From: Peribolospora baueri
Taxonomy: Eukaryota
Direction of reading: 5' to 3'
Assembly (NCBI GenBank): GCA_029717555.1
Contig: JAMDHS010000023.1
Span: 186,001-250,000, forward strand
DNA length: 64,000 nucleotides
Shown here: piece by piece, positions 1-13,052 of the stretch
How the letters are laid out: every line of letters begins with the position of its first letter
How positions within the stretch are numbered: position 1 is the first letter of the stretch
Notes under the pieces: generated by a model
The model's database searches: none
What the model was told of the DNA's origin: nothing
Seen by the model: the letters and a program-made list of their open reading frames with translations, nothing else
Made by a program: the position numbers and the translations under genes

Positions 1-1
1 G

Positions 2-565
2 AAGAGGAGGGGAAAATACAAACCGGAGACGGAAGAGGAGACGACGGGCGAAGGGGGTGACGTAGGTACTAGTGCACGGGAGGCCGAAGAAGGTCGAGCG
101 AAGGACACGGCTGGGAGCGAACAGAAGATTGCCGACGGGACAGAAGAGCGAGAGAATGGCGGAGCCGCTGACGAGGGTACCGACAAGCGGCCGGAAGGAG
201 CTATTGGCGAGTCGGGGGACGGAGAGCGGCAAGGACAGCAAGGGCAAGGCGCATCAGACGCCAAGACCGACGGTCACGGAGAGGAGTCGACGACGACGGC
301 AGAAGAGGACGAGGCGCGCCTGGTTGCGGCGCTCGAAGCGGAGCCGACAAAGAGCAGACTGGCGATGGCGCTCAACATCTTTGGCCAGTTCGAAGCCAAA
401 TTGGAGTTGCTTGCGAAGACCCGGTGGGACGAGGTGCCTGAGCAGGTCGAGGGGGAGAAAGAAGGCAAGGAAGGAGATGCGGCAGAGACAAAGGAGAACG
501 GCGGCGACGAAGAGCAGGCGGCGGGCAGCCAAGGAGAGAAGGGCGGAGAAGGAGGAGAGGCGTAA
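2..565 (+). CDS. 3' end of an unidentified protein with an acidic/Gly-rich low-complexity C-terminus; begins before the window
   Basis: Frame is open from position 2 to TAA at 563-565 (...EDEARLVAALEAEPTKSRLAMALNIFGQFEAKLELLAKTRWDEV...). No family recognised. Confidence 0.55.
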   Translation, partial: KRRGKYKPETEEETTGEGGDVGTSAREAEEGRAKDTAGSEQKIADGTEERENGGAADEGTDKRPEGAIGESGDGERQGQQGQGASDAKTDGHGEESTTTAEEDEARLVAALEAEPTKSRLAMALNIFGQFEAKLELLAKTRWDEVPEQVEGEKEGKEGDAAETKENGGDEEQAAGSQGEKGGEGGEA

Positions 566-1041
566 ATGGCGGCCGGCGCGTGATCATCGCGCGATAGGAA
601 GAGGCATCGTCGGCCGAAAGGGCGCACGCAGTTTAACGTGGCCCTTGTCACGTCACGTAGGGCCAAACCGCATTGGTACCCGTCTCTTTTCATTCATAAC
701 CGGCAAGCGTACCTGTCTTCATCACCCTCGTTCTCTCGGATATATGAAATGCGTGTTACACGTTCGTGTCGGCCACGAGCTCATGCCGGTTACGGACACT
801 ACATGCAGTTCGTGAGGGACGGCCGTCTATGCTCGTCCATGAGCGACCGACGCCCTCCCCACACGCCCGTCTCCCGATGTCCTATCCTGCGACTCGAGCC
901 AGGGTCGATTTGCCAGACGAATTTCCTTACGGCATCGTTTCTTTTTTCCCGCATAGATCGCCCCGTTGGGACGTTCGACGGCCATTTGTCTTCATCGCCC
1001 ACGCCCACGCCTGCAACTTCTCAGGGCATAGAATGGCGGCG

Positions 1042-2904
1042 TCAAAGGAAAGAGCCAACGGGTGTCTCGATCTCGATCGCCGATACAGCGGCGTCCCTCA
1101 CCGGGCGCTGCGCAGATATACGAGCCGATAGGAAAACGATCCATCTCTCCACTCTATCCTTTGTGACCCTGGCGAGACGGGCAAAGGGGGCGGTGAGGGG
1201 AGGGGAGGGATGGAAGGGTGAGTTATGCACTTCGTCACGGAATGGTCCGATAAGACGAACGAAAGCGATTGCATGCTCACATGGTGAGATCCCGTGTCCG
1301 ACGAGACCCTCGACGAGCTGACCGTCCAGTCCCTGATAAGCCCTTTGACGCCGTACCGGTGGAGCGTCTTGCGCACCCCATTGGAGCCTGAAAGACGGTG
1401 GCTGAAGCGAGGGGAAGGCGGTCGTGTGACGAAGAAAAGTTAGGCTCGGGCTCTGTGGCGTTCTGGTTCGTACTTGGAATCGAGATCGACAACGGGCTCG
1501 GTTCGGTTTGACGGGGCTCACCGACGGCGTTGGCTAGAGCGCTGGTGACGAACGTCTGAGCGACACCACTCGGCTTCTCGCGGTCCTTCCAGGGCACGAG
1601 GGCACGCGTGAAGGCTTTGGTGAGGTAGAAGGTGAGGGCGGGAGAGGAGGAGAGCAAGATGGCGGACTGGAAACCTGCTCGATGAGAGGAGAGGCAGGAC
1701 AAAGCAAAAAAAAAGATTCGGGCATGAGCGAGCAACGTCGACAAGGCGAGGCAGACCGCGACGACGTAGGAGGGCACGAAACGTAAAGGCCCACCGCTCC
1801 ACAAGCCCGTCCAACCCTTCTCGTTCACAATGTCCTCCACGATCTCGCGCGTGGTCCGAGTCTTGGCGTACCCGTCGTCGTCCTCGTCGCTAATCTTCTT
1901 CCTGGTGGGGCGGCGTGACGGCCGTATCGGAGGACGGTTGGGAAGGAGCGGCTGGTCGCTGGGAAGGAGCGGCTGGTCGCTGGGAAGGCGACGACGCGGC
2001 GGTCTGTTTGCGGACGACGATATTGGAAAGGGGGGTTGTGAAGACCCTGCGGAGAGTAGAGTCGACGGCCGGAACGAGAAAAGAAGAAATACAGCATCAG
2101 ATGAGACCCGACACGAGCCATTATTCAGACGGGACGGGACGGGCATCCGCACCGCACCTACTGATCACGCCAGCCAAAGCGCCAACAGCCAACTCTTCCG
2201 GCGCGTTCAAGCTCGTCGCCGGGCCGCCCTTTCTCGGAGAAGGAGGGGCGGCGGCGCGCGTCCGCGTCCGCGTCTGGTTGCGTTGGCGGAGAAAGGAGGA
2301 TAGAGGAAGCTGCGGGGAGGAAGGGAAGGGAAGAAGCGGGGCCGCGTTCGTCAGACGAGCGGCGCATCGACGGGCTGAGCGACACTGCGCCGCGCCGCAC
2401 CGCGCCGCACACCCAAAACCCACTTGGAAGCGATCGTCGACAGCGTATCCGATCCCAAGCCTCGATAGAGCGCTCTAACGCCGTCTCGGTCGACGATGGC
2501 GCGCGCTGCGCCCGTCAAGCCCGCGTCGCGTCTCTTTCCCTGCGAACCGCTCGATGACGATGGCGACGGCGATGGCGATGGGGATTGTGTTTGGAGGCGG
2601 GTGGAGAGAAGGTCGAGGGGATATACGATGGCATTCGAGACAGCCGAGCTGAAGAGAGGGAAGCAAGGGGAGGTGATGATCAGCGAAGCAAAACCACGGT
2701 AGTGCAATCCAAATCTATCCAATAGCCCACCCTACGGCTCCGGCAGTCGCCTGGGCAAAGGGAGGCTGCGAGAAGCAGGAAAGAAAGAAACAAAAAGTTA
2801 AGTCGACGAACGACGAACGAACGGACGAATGGACGACGCGCGAACGAACGGGCGGAAAAGGAAAGCGGGGAAGCGTGTGTGCCTACGAGCTGACTCTGGC
2901 TCAT
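1042..2904 (-). pseudogene. ANT1: Peroxisomal adenine nucleotide carrier (ANT1/PMP34-like, mitochondrial carrier family), disrupted
   Basis: Spliced translation MSQSQL|PPFAQATAGAVG|SAVSNAIVYPLDLLSTRLQ...ALYRGLGSD...EELAVGALAGVISR|VFTTPLSNIVVRKQ...GWTGLWSG|FQSAILLSSSPALTF...YQGLDGQLVEG...MVTKDRVE, with carrier Px[DE]xx[KR]-type motifs. Frameshifts near 1892, 1340 and 1289, and apparent deletions near 1375-1392. Confidence 0.75.
1939..1988. repeat. 21-nt tandem duplication (TGGGAAGGAGCGGCTGGTCGC x2 plus a partial copy) in an ANT1 exon
   Basis: Two exact copies visible; encodes PSQRPAA twice on the minus strand. Confidence 0.9.
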
Positions 2905-3457
2905 CGTGAAAGACTGCTATCTCTAGGCTTCCGACCAAAGGGACGGGAGGGGCGTTGGGAGGAGACGGACGGACGAGGTCGAGGGAGTCGAGGTGTATAG
3001 CAAGACACCGACGGCCGCGACGAGAAGAGAAGGAGGGGACAGCGGTGCGGTCGTCGATCGTCGATCGCCTGCACCCCGTCGCTGCGGCAAGTGAATGTCG
3101 TCCACGCATGTCGTCCACTGCGCGGCGGCCGAGAGAACGAAAATGAACCGAGCTGGGTAAGATGTGCGATTGAAGCGGGCGGGGCAAAACACCTATCCTA
3201 TGGTACACACTTGCGCGAAAAGGAGATGTGAGTCGGCTAGCCGACGACGACGGGAGGACGGAAGGAAGGAAGGAAGAAAAAGAGGCAAGTGAGGACGGGA
3301 GGGAGAAGCGAAAGGAAGCCAAACAGAGGGGCAAGGAAGAAAGGGGAAGAGAAGAAGAAAGAGACGGCTACGATGTAAACGGGCGGGGGAGCGACGACCG
3401 GCTGAAGCTAGAAAGAGAGTGGAGCGTCCAAAAGAGAAGAAAAAGAAGAGGCGAGGA

Positions 3458-6400
3458 CTACCTAAGATCGTCCTTTTCGTCCACCTCCTTCTGCAACAGA
3501 CTGTCCGACGCGAGGCGAGGAGAAACCCAAGACGACGTCAGCGATCGGTCGTCGCCGTCGTTGTCTTCGATGACCACCGGGTAAAACTCACGAATTGAGC
3601 GCCTTGAGACCCTTGGCGATACCATAGCTAGCGCTGGCCATGTTCGTCTTCGTCGCCTTGTCAAACGCAGGTCTGGCCTGGAGTTCGGAGAGCTTCTCAC
3701 AGTTGGTTTCGAGCTCGCGCAGGATCGGCTCGCCCTCGGCCCGCGAGGCGGCAGGAAGGTTGTCCTGCGAGATGGCGACGATGGAGCCTACGATGGTGAC
3801 GATCTGCGTCAGGTTCTCTGCGGAAGCGACGAGGAGGGATGGGTCAGCGAGCGAGCGAGCGAGCGGGGGAGCGGGGCGGGACGACGGCGACGGGACGCAC
3901 CGTTCAACTGTTTGCCCTGAGCTCCCTCGCGGATGGACGACAAGAGAGATTGGATGGAGTGGACGATGGCCTCGGTCTGGGTCTCGATGTAGTTCTGGAA
4001 GACGGAGAAGAAGAAAAAAAAAAGATGAATGAAGGAAGGTGGCCCATCAAATCAGTCTTTGCCAAACGCGCCATCGAAAATGGAAGAGGGACGAAGGCTC
4101 ACCTTGAGCTCCTCCCAGTCTTCCGCCTGACCCTCATATTCCTTCTCCTCGTCTTCCTCATCGTCGTCGTAGTCGTTCCCGCCGCGGTCGGCGTACGGCG
4201 GCGGCGGCGGCGCCATCGCCGTGCTCTTCTCCCTGTCCCTCAGGCCGGCCAGGGGCGAGAGACGAGGAGACAAGGAGGAGGGGGAAGAAGGAGCGCCGGC
4301 AGTGTTCCAGCCGTTCGTCGGCGCTCTGCCTCCGCCGGGCACGCGAAGCATGCTCATCCGTCCGGCGGCGCTGGGGACAGCGAGTTCGGATTGCTCAAAC
4401 TCAAACTTGCTCGCTCGACGGACCTTGAGGAGCTTGGCAATGTCGACGATCGTCGAGCTCACGTGGCTCGCCGCGGCGTCGAGCAAGCTCACGGGGCTCA
4501 GGCTCTGCGACGTCGCGTGGTTCCGGCTGGCGGTCATGAGGTTGTTGAGCGTCGCCGCGGCCTTGGTCTTGAGGCCCTGGAGCTGGTCGTAATCGGCGAC
4601 GGACAAAGCTTCGGCGGCCCTGTCATTGAAGGATTCGACGTCGTCCATGACCATCTTGTGCGCTACGACGACCTGCTTCATGGTGCCGAGCACGGACGAA
4701 GGCGAGTGAGAGCGACCGGAGGCGAGGAGCTCGTCGATGGACGACTGGAAGGCGGTGAGGTGCACGTCGGCGACGACGCCGTCGGCGGTCGCGGGCATAA
4801 AGTCGTCCGCGTTGGGCGGCTGGACGAAGAGCTGGGAGGTGGCCTTGATGTTCCGAAGCTCCGTCTTAGCCGCCTCGTATTTCTTCTTGTAGCTTGCCAT
4901 CTGGGCGTCGAGGTCGCGGATCCTGGCCACGTCTGCGTCTTTGTCGGCGAGCATCTCCTCGTTGCGCGCCGACAGGGCGCGGAGCTCGTCGAGGAGGGTG
5001 GAGACTTCCTTTTGGAGGTCGCTGATCACCTCCTCCTGCCCGTCGAATCGCCTGCGAACCGACTCCAACTCTTCCCTCACGCTCGACTCGCCCACGTCGC
5101 GCGCCTTGGCCGCCTTTTCCTCGGCCGCCCTCAGCTGCTCCTCCGTCTCCTCGAGCCTGACCTGCAAGGAGCGGAGCAAGCTCTGTTGGCCCTCATTCCT
5201 CTCCTTCTCCCGGCGCAGGTCGGCCTCGAGCTCGCGGATTTGCTCCGATCCCGCGCCGCCGTCCTTGGCCTGCGCTCGCAACTCGTCCGCCTCCTTCTCC
5301 AGGTTGGCGATCCGGGACTGCATCGTGGCGATGCGGAACTCGTAGTCGGAGCGAATCTTTTCGGTGTCTTCGAACTGCTAGCAGGTCGGCCAAGCGAAGC
5401 GCATGGAAGAAAAAAAAAAGAGAAAGATCGCAGGGAGGGAGGGAAGGATGAATGCGCATCGCCACGTTCAGGGATCGCTCGCTCGGACTCACATCGCTAA
5501 CGCCGCTGACGCCCCTCCGACTGCCAAAGCCAGAGCCCCTGTCGCCGACGCTGAGGCCAGTGGTGCTGGGAGCGCCGCTGGCGTAGCCGTTAAAGAAGCC
5601 GGTGCCAATGCTGCTGGACTGGCTGAAGACGGTGCTGCGGTTGTCATCCTTGGTCGAGCCGTCGTCGCGGTCGCGGTCGCGGTCTTCGAGGGACCGGCGT
5701 CGACGGCCGCCGAAGCCGTCGCTCTCGCTCCCTGGGTCCGAGTCGGCGATCTCGCTGTGATCGGCGGGGTGCTTTGCGTTGGCGTTGGCATTGGCGTTTG
5801 CGTAAGGGACCTCGATCTGCTCCTCGACCAAGGTCGACTTAGAAGGGATGATGACATCGCTCTTGGACGGCTGCGGGGAGAAAGTGCCGTCGGTGTCCTT
5901 GCTGCCCTTGCGCCGAGGCTTCTCCCTCTCGTCCGGCTCGCGATCGGCGTTGGGCCTGAACTCGGCCTTGAGGTCGGGAAAGCGTCGCTCGAGCTCGAAA
6001 AAGACGTCACCGGCGAGATCCTTGAAGCGGGATCGGGGTAGCGTGGCGAGCTTTTGGCGGGCCTGGTTTCGCTTCGGGTGGAAGTCTTCGCGGACGGGGA
6101 GAAAAGGGGCGCCTAAGGCGGAGTGAAGGAGAGAGGAAAAGGGAGAGGAGAGGAGACGTTGAGACAGCGAACGGGCGAGAAGGAGAGGGGAAAAGGGAGA
6201 CGAAGGAGACGAGACGTTGAGGAAAAGGGAGACGAAAGGAGAGGAGACGTTGACGAGAAGGAAAGGAAACAAAAAAGGGGGAATCAAAGGAGACGAGACG
6301 TTGAGACGGGCGAACGGGCGAGAAGGACAGGAAAAAAAAGGGAGACCAAAGGAGAATGAGACGGGCGAAGGAAAGGAAAAAGGGAGACGAAAGGAGACGA

Positions 6401-7072
6401 GGCGTTGAGAGGGCAAGAAAAATGAAAATGAAAATGAAAAAGAGAACGTCGCCCAGCCACTATCAATCATAGACGCACCTTTACCACCAGCCTGCTGCCG
6501 ATCCCTCTCTCCACCGTTCTGTCTCCGAACGAGCTCGTCATAAACGTCGGTGGACAGCTCGTGGAACTGCAACCGGGAGAGGCGGGTGAGTTTCTCTCTT
6601 GCGTTGGTGCGCGGGCCTGTGTCTGTGAGGAGGGAAGGCGAAGGAAGAGAGGTGGTGGTGAGATAGGATAAGAGGACGCGGCGGGGGAAGAGATCGACGC
6701 ACCCTTGGCCAAGTAGGTCCTCAAGAACTCGAGGAGCTCGATGTACTGTTGCCTGGCCGCCTGAGCGACCTCCTCGCCGGACAATTTTGGGCGCTGACTG
6801 CGGCCGTGTTCGCCGGCGGCACCACCGGCGGCACCGCCACCGCCGGGTCGAGCGTTTCCGGGGGAGGAGCCAGAAGAAGGCTTGGGGGAAGGGAGGGACG
6901 GGCTGAGGGGGTTACCGCGCCCGTAGGGGTCTCGATCGCGGTAGTCGACGGAAGGGCCGGAGCGAGCGCGGGTGGGGGAGGAGAAGTTGGGCGGCAAGGG
7001 CGAGTGGATGGCGCGGGGCGAGGTGAGGTCGAGGCCGCCTCCGCTGGGAGAGCGGGCGGAGCGGAGGGACAT
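3458..7072 (-). CDS. SPA2: Polarisome scaffold Spa2 (SHD/GIT repeats, coiled coil, GIT1_C-like end), multi-exon
   Basis: SHD repeats NAREKLTRLSRLQFHELSTDVYDELVRR and HPKRNQARQKLATLPRSRFKDLAGDVFFELERRFP. Long coiled coil at 4100-5370. Terminal exons NYIETQTEAIVHSIQSLL...DDLR*. Confidence 0.9.
6113..6478 (-). repeat. 366-nt SPA2 intron built from degenerate repeats with core GAGACGTTGA (+ strand)
   Basis: GT donor at 6478 and AG acceptor at 6113. Core motif near 6153, 6211, 6244 and 6296, with a variant near 6399. (AAAATG)n near 6420-6440. Confidence 0.7.
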
Positions 7073-8232
7073 TGCGACGGTGGAAAGCGGTGGGGGAACG
7101 GGAACGGGGGGAAGAGAGGACTCCCGCTATGCTATGCTGTGCTTTGTCGTCCTCTGCGAGAAGGGTGGACGACGGCGACGGGGCCCACCGCTGGGTGTGG
7201 GTCGGTCAGTTGGCGAGCAACGCGTTGGGTTCCTTTTGTACGGGGGCGAACGGCAGGGGCGGCGGGCGTTGGCGTGGGCGTGGACGAGGAGGAAGAGGAA
7301 GAGGAGGGAGTGAATGAACGAGTGACTGACTGACGACTAGCTGACGATGGACGACGGATGGAGACGAGGACAGAGCTGCGCGCCGGCGGTGTGAATTCGC
7401 GGGCCGGGCGTCGGACGGATGGGGCTGCCAGCGACGGTGTTGTGTTGTGGAGAAGGGAAAGAGAAAGGGAAAGGGAAAGGAGCGGCGGTGGTGAAAGAAA
7501 GAGAGACGGCCGAAAAAAGCGAGCGGGCTTGTGGATCGTGGCTGACGGGGAGAAGGAAGGCGACGATAGCGCTGGAAGCGATGGCGACGGTTCTGTATGG
7601 CGTCGGCGACGGCGAGCGAGAGACAGCCCGAGGGAGTGACACAGAGAGAGAGCCAAAAGCCAGCCAGCGAGCCAACCAGCCGACGCGCGACTCCACCACG
7701 TCCTCCGCAGTCGCTCGCTTCTCATCTCCGCCTCGACCACGCCGCAGTCGCCATTCGTTGCCGAGCTGCCGCAGCAGCGGCTTGAAGCCTTCGCTCCTCG
7801 CTCCCTCCTCGCCAGGCAATGCGGACTAAAGACACAAAAAACGAGGCGAGCTAGGTAGAACGAGGGAGCGAGCGAGGGTGCAAGCAAACACGCAGATGAA
7901 CACGGGCACGCAGACGGGACGGACGCCTGCCTGCGTGCGCGCCCGAATGAGACGCAACGAAACAAAACGACACGACACAGCGCGACACGAAATCGAATGC
8001 CAATATCGCCGCGCTCGGACGCTCACACTCAGGCGCAGCTGATTACGCACAGCACACCACAGCACCGCCCTCCGTCACTATATGTACGTCCAACTGACCT
8101 GCCTGACAGACAGGCGACAGGCCCAAACTCGTGCCATGTCTCGGATCGCACCCAACCAAATCGCGTCGTCGTCTGCCACCTCGGCCACCTTCCGGTCGCC
8201 ATAGGCGGCGGTCGGTCGAGCGGTCATCGCCT

Positions 8233-8715
8233 TCACCACAATCCGAACCACGTCCTCCTCCTCTCTTGCCCCTGCCCCTGCCCTTCCCTTCGCCCTTGCC
8301 CTTGCCCTTGCCCACCCTCCACCCTCCACCTCTCCCTCTCCCCCCTCAACGCCTCAACCTCCCTCTCCAACTCCCCCACCTTCTCCCTCCAAACCCTCCC
8401 CTCCTCCTCCCCATCCAACACCATCCACCCAAGCTGCAACAAGAAATACACCGCGCTACCGTAGGCGAGGACTCGGAGCATTGACGGGTATACTTCGCGG
8501 TAGATCCCGCCGTGCTTGAGATTTGGGTGGGGGGGCGACGCAGATGTGTTTCGGTTGTCCGTTTTGGCATCCGGCGACGGTGACGGAGTATGTTGCGATT
8601 GCGATGACGATGGCGAGACATAAGATCGCCGGAGCTGTCCAGCGAACTGACACCGACCGCGGCTCACGCAGAGGAGAGACGACCGTCTAGCTATTGCCGT
8701 CGCTGTCGTCGCCAT
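8233..8715 (-). CDS. Small putative mitochondrial membrane protein (single TM segment plus coiled coil)
   Basis: R/S-rich N-terminus resembling a presequence, hydrophobic segment MLRVLAYGSAVYFLLQLGWMVL, coiled coil REKVGELEREVEALR, C-terminus RRTWFGLW. Confidence 0.6.
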   Translation of the reverse strand: MATTATAIARRSSLLCVSRGRCQFAGQLRRSYVSPSSSQSQHTPSPSPDAKTDNRNTSASPPHPNLKHGGIYREVYPSMLRVLAYGSAVYFLLQLGWMVLDGEEEGRVWREKVGELEREVEALRGERERWRVEGGQGQGQGRREGQGQGQERRRTWFGLW

Positions 8716-9416
8716 CTTGCGTCTTTCGTCTCTTTTTCGTCCTCGTACGAGGAGGAGGAGGAGGAGGAGTCCTCGTCCCGATCGACCCGCGACCCGTCAG
8801 TCACCCGCGATCGATCCGCTTGTCGCCGCCTTACCCCGTCCGCTCCGTCAGTCGGGGACACAAACAGAAATACAGATGGAATCGATTCACATCTCTTCGC
8901 TAACTATGACTGGATGGATGGCCGGATGGATGGATGGATGGATACGTCCGCTGACGACAAGCGAGCGAGCGAGGACGACAAGGAGATTGGACGAATGGAC
9001 TCGTCAAATCGAATCGAATAGGATCGAATCGAACGCAAGATGAACAAGGGGGAGCGAAAAAAAAAAGGAAACGATGCGTGACTATGCGAAAAAAAAAAAG
9101 GGAGAAAAAAATAAAACGTAATGGAGGCGTGGGACCCATTGCAATAGGAGAAGAGAAGGGGGAGTCGTTTCGTTTCGTTCGCTCATTCGTCCGTCCCGCC
9201 CGTCCACAGACGGACGCACTGAAAAAACGATAGGAGCAAGCCCCGCTCGCTGCTCTCCTCGCACTTCTTCTCTTCGTCGCCCCTCCTTCCTCTATCCTAC
9301 CCTACCCTCCTCCTTACAACATCCCACACCTTCCCGCCGGCGGACTGAGGTCCGAATCCAACCTCGGGATCTCTGATGAACGACGCCAGAAAACAAACTA
9401 TTTTTCACTCTCCCCC

Positions 9417-12400
9417 TCACACTCCATACCGCTCATGCAGCCGTTCCATGATGACAGGCGGGAACTGCGCCGTCTGCACCTCCCACTGAGGTCCGCTCAT
9501 TTCTCGGAACCCTCGGATGATCTGCCGGCGGCGCAAAAGGAAAAGAATCGATCAGGAGCTGAGAAGGACGAACAAACCGATCCGGCTCGCCCACCTTGGT
9601 GAACATGTCATTCAGCTCTTCTGACGGCGTGCTCCACCGAACGACGGCGTTGCAAAAGTAGACAAAGCTCTGGGAGGACGAGACAACACTTCAGTCAGCG
9701 GAAAAATCCGCCCACTCGCCCCCGAAACCGAAAGCTCACCTTGGCCAACCCGTTAGGGTTCTGCTGGATCATCAGACAAAGTCCCCGGAACGCCGAGTCC
9801 TTCTCCTCGTTGTCCCTGATATCCCACAAAGCCTGACACCAAGCCTGGACGAACGCCTCGAGATGCGGTGCCACAAGGTTCGGGCAGACGAGGCCCAGGC
9901 GGCCGATCGTCACTGCCGCATTCTCGGAGAGCGACTTTACGCTCTTCGGGCTCAGCAGCACCGGCACCAGACGGTCGATCAGCGGTGGCACCCATTGCTG
10001 GATTTCGGGGTCTGACAACGCCCAAGGCGATCCAGTCAGTCCGATCACACTCCGTCGCATGAGCCGCCCAAGGCAGAAACCGCCGGCGGTATAAGGCCAC
10101 TACCACCACCATCACAGCCACGGCCAAGGCCACTCACCGGAACCATACTGCAAAGCAATCTCTCCCGCCGCCCACGCCGCGTTATTGCACACGCTCACGT
10201 TCTCCACCTTTGGGTCCACATCGATCTGGCGGATAAGCTCAGGCATGATCTGGGCGAGGTATGGTCGGAGAAGGTCGAAGCACGAGATGGCCAGGTCGCC
10301 CAGGAGCGCGTAGGCTGACTGGCGCACGGCGGGCTCGGGGTGCTGTAGGCGTCGTGGAAGAGACAAGGGGTTAAGTGGTGTCGTGGGAGAGACAAAGGTT
10401 CAAGTCCACTTGACCCCTGCGACCGGACTGTGATGTGATACTCACGTTGATGCAGAGGGGCATCATGGGCAACAGCGCCGGCTGCGTCTGCTCGACGTAC
10501 TGTCTCACATTACCCTTGAGACCCTGTGTCATCCCGCTCAACAGGTCCAGGGCGACGATGATAAACGTCCTATCCGGCACTTCGTCCAGGTTGTTCGGGT
10601 CCTCCTGCCGGTACGACAGCAGAGACGTGTGTACAATCTTCAGACACCGTTCGAACACCGGGCCCGCGAACTGGTAGAAGCCGGGTCCGATGGCGATGGT
10701 TACGGACGAGAGACACTGGAAGAGAAGAAGGCAACGCCACAAGTGAGCCCTCTTGAACGTGCCGCCGCCCCCGCACGCTCGGACGGCTCACCTCAAGCAA
10801 GGGAATCAAGTCGGTGTCCTCGTCGGACAGGTTCTGCCACTTGTGAATGAGCGGGGGCAGAAGCAGCTCGAGAAGCTCCGGGTTGTTGAGCGCGCTTCCG
10901 ACATGGTCGGCGAGAGTGCCGATGGCATCGTAGAGAATGAGCAGGTTCTTCTGCTGGTACTTGTTGAATGCAAAGACGAGATTGCGGATGATGGGCTCCA
11001 GGAACGGATCGAGGTCGTGGTCGGCCGCTTCCTCTAGCGTCGCGAATGCGCTGCAGCCCGCCTCTTGGACTCGCTTGTTGTTGTCCAACACCATTCGGAG
11101 CAGCTGGGCAGAGGGAAGCGAAAGATAAAGAAAAGAACACGGCTGATGAGCTTGGCTGGCCTAGACAAACTTGCGAGCCGGCCAGTAACCGCTTTCACTC
11201 ACCGCCTCCATCGCAGGCACAAAATACTTTGCCTTGTGCTCCGGGGTGGCGTCTTCGTTGACGCACCAACCGGAGTATCGACCGAGCGTCCAGCAAGCGA
11301 TGGAACGGATCGGAGGTCTGGTGTCGTTGAGGGCGTTGATGAGGTAGGGTACGAGCGTGCGGAGGTGTGGCTCGACGCCGCTGAGGCAGCCTACAAAGTC
11401 CGGCAACAAGAAAAAGGATCGTCTCGTCAGCCCGTCCGTGCTGCTCGGCCGACATCCACCTCGTCCTCGCCGCCGCGCCAACTCACCGTCAGCTATAGCG
11501 CCCAGCGCGAGGATGCCGCTTTCCCTCTGCAGCCAGTCCTCACTGAACAACTTCTCCTTGAGGTAAGGCAAGAGGATCTCTAGCAACTCGTTGCCATAAT
11601 TGACCGCGATCACGTCAAGCGCGGCGGCGGAACATTTGCGGAGGTTCCAGTCAGTGAATTCCTCGTCGTCGTCGTCCAGGTCAAAATCATCATCGTCCTC
11701 GTCCTCATCCTTCTGCTCCGCACCGAAGCGGTCCTTGGACTGGCCGTCAGAGCCGTTGGTGCCAGTCTCCTCCATCCGAGCGTTCGCGTGTGTCTTGCCG
11801 CGGTAGTGGACGGGTCGGATGTCGCTCTCCTTGTCCGGTACGGCGGCGTCATCGTCGACGTCGTTCTCGAGGATCGCAATGTCGGCCTCAGAGTAGACCA
11901 TGCCCTTGAGCAGGACGGGAGCGACCTTGGGCAGGTACGGTTGGAGGTGGTCGTGCAGCTGGGGCTGTTCCGCAAAGCTGAGCCAAAACTCGCACGCCTC
12001 GAGGGCCACGTCCTCGTCCTTGTCCTGGGTCGAGTAAAGCATGTACTCCACCACGTTGCCCATCTCCGGCACGAGCTTGTCCGGGCGGGAGCCAAGAAGG
12101 AGGACGAGAGCCTGGCAGACGAAGCGGCGTACGTCCGAGCTTTCATCTGAGGCGCGCTTGAAAAGCTCGGCGATGAAGGCGTCGATGTGCGCTTGGAGCG
12201 AGGAGGAGCCGGTGGGGATGAACTGGTTGAGGCAGTTGAGGGCGTGCACGCGGACCCGGTTGTTGGGATAGCTGAGGAACTGAAGGAACTTGGGTATCAT
12301 GATGTCGAGAGGCCGAACGCCGTTGATGTCCACCTCGAGCTCCGTCGGGATATCTTCGCAGATCTTGGCCCAGGTGCTAAACGCTCCCTGTAAAAGACGC

Positions 12401-13052
12401 CGGGCGGGCGAGGCAAAGGGAGGACGGCGTCCCGTGGGTCCGTCAGTCAAGCCTGCGCGGATGGGCGGCGAGACAGGTGTCTCACCGTCTTTCTCTCTCA
12501 AAGAGACTCACCTCGACCTCAAACTCATTGGGGGAATCGAGGATCTGTACGAGCTTTTGGAGCGCCTCGGGCCAGTTTTCGGGGCCGATGATGACGACGA
12601 GCATGGCGACGACGCCCGAGGCGGTGTTGCGGACCATCGTGTTGGCATCGCTGAGGGCGGGCAGAACGACGTGCTTGACGTACTCGACGTTATCGGCGGA
12701 AAGGTGCTCGTAGTGGTAGCGGATCTGGTTTTTGAGAATCAAGCCGGCGATCGATCGTGTCCGCTCGTCCTCGTGGGGCAGGGCGCCGAGGACGTAGACT
12801 AGGTAGTTGACATAGTCGGGAACGGAGTTGAAGGATTCGAGGCGCTGATGCGGGACGAGAGAAAGAGATGGGGGAGACGGTGAGAGATCCATACGGATCC
12901 ATCCGCACCTCGGCTGGCGATCCAGGCTTCAACGACACCACCCGACTTACGGCGGTGACGGCTTGTTGCTCCGCCGTATTCGGGCTGAGTGAGTCTCTTA
13001 GCAGCTGGAGGAGCTCAGCGAGCCCGTCAGGCTGAGGCGCCCAGGAAGCCAT
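9417..13052 (-). CDS. KAP104: Transportin / importin beta-2 (karyopherin), multi-exon
   Basis: [15 protein letters not shown]..., [20 protein letters not shown], acidic loop followed by [63 protein letters not shown], end ERLHERYGV*. Confidence 0.95.

Noticed and set aside
3839..5500. 553-aa plus-strand ORF
   Set aside because: Antisense shadow of GC-rich SPA2 exons, with no protein-like features.
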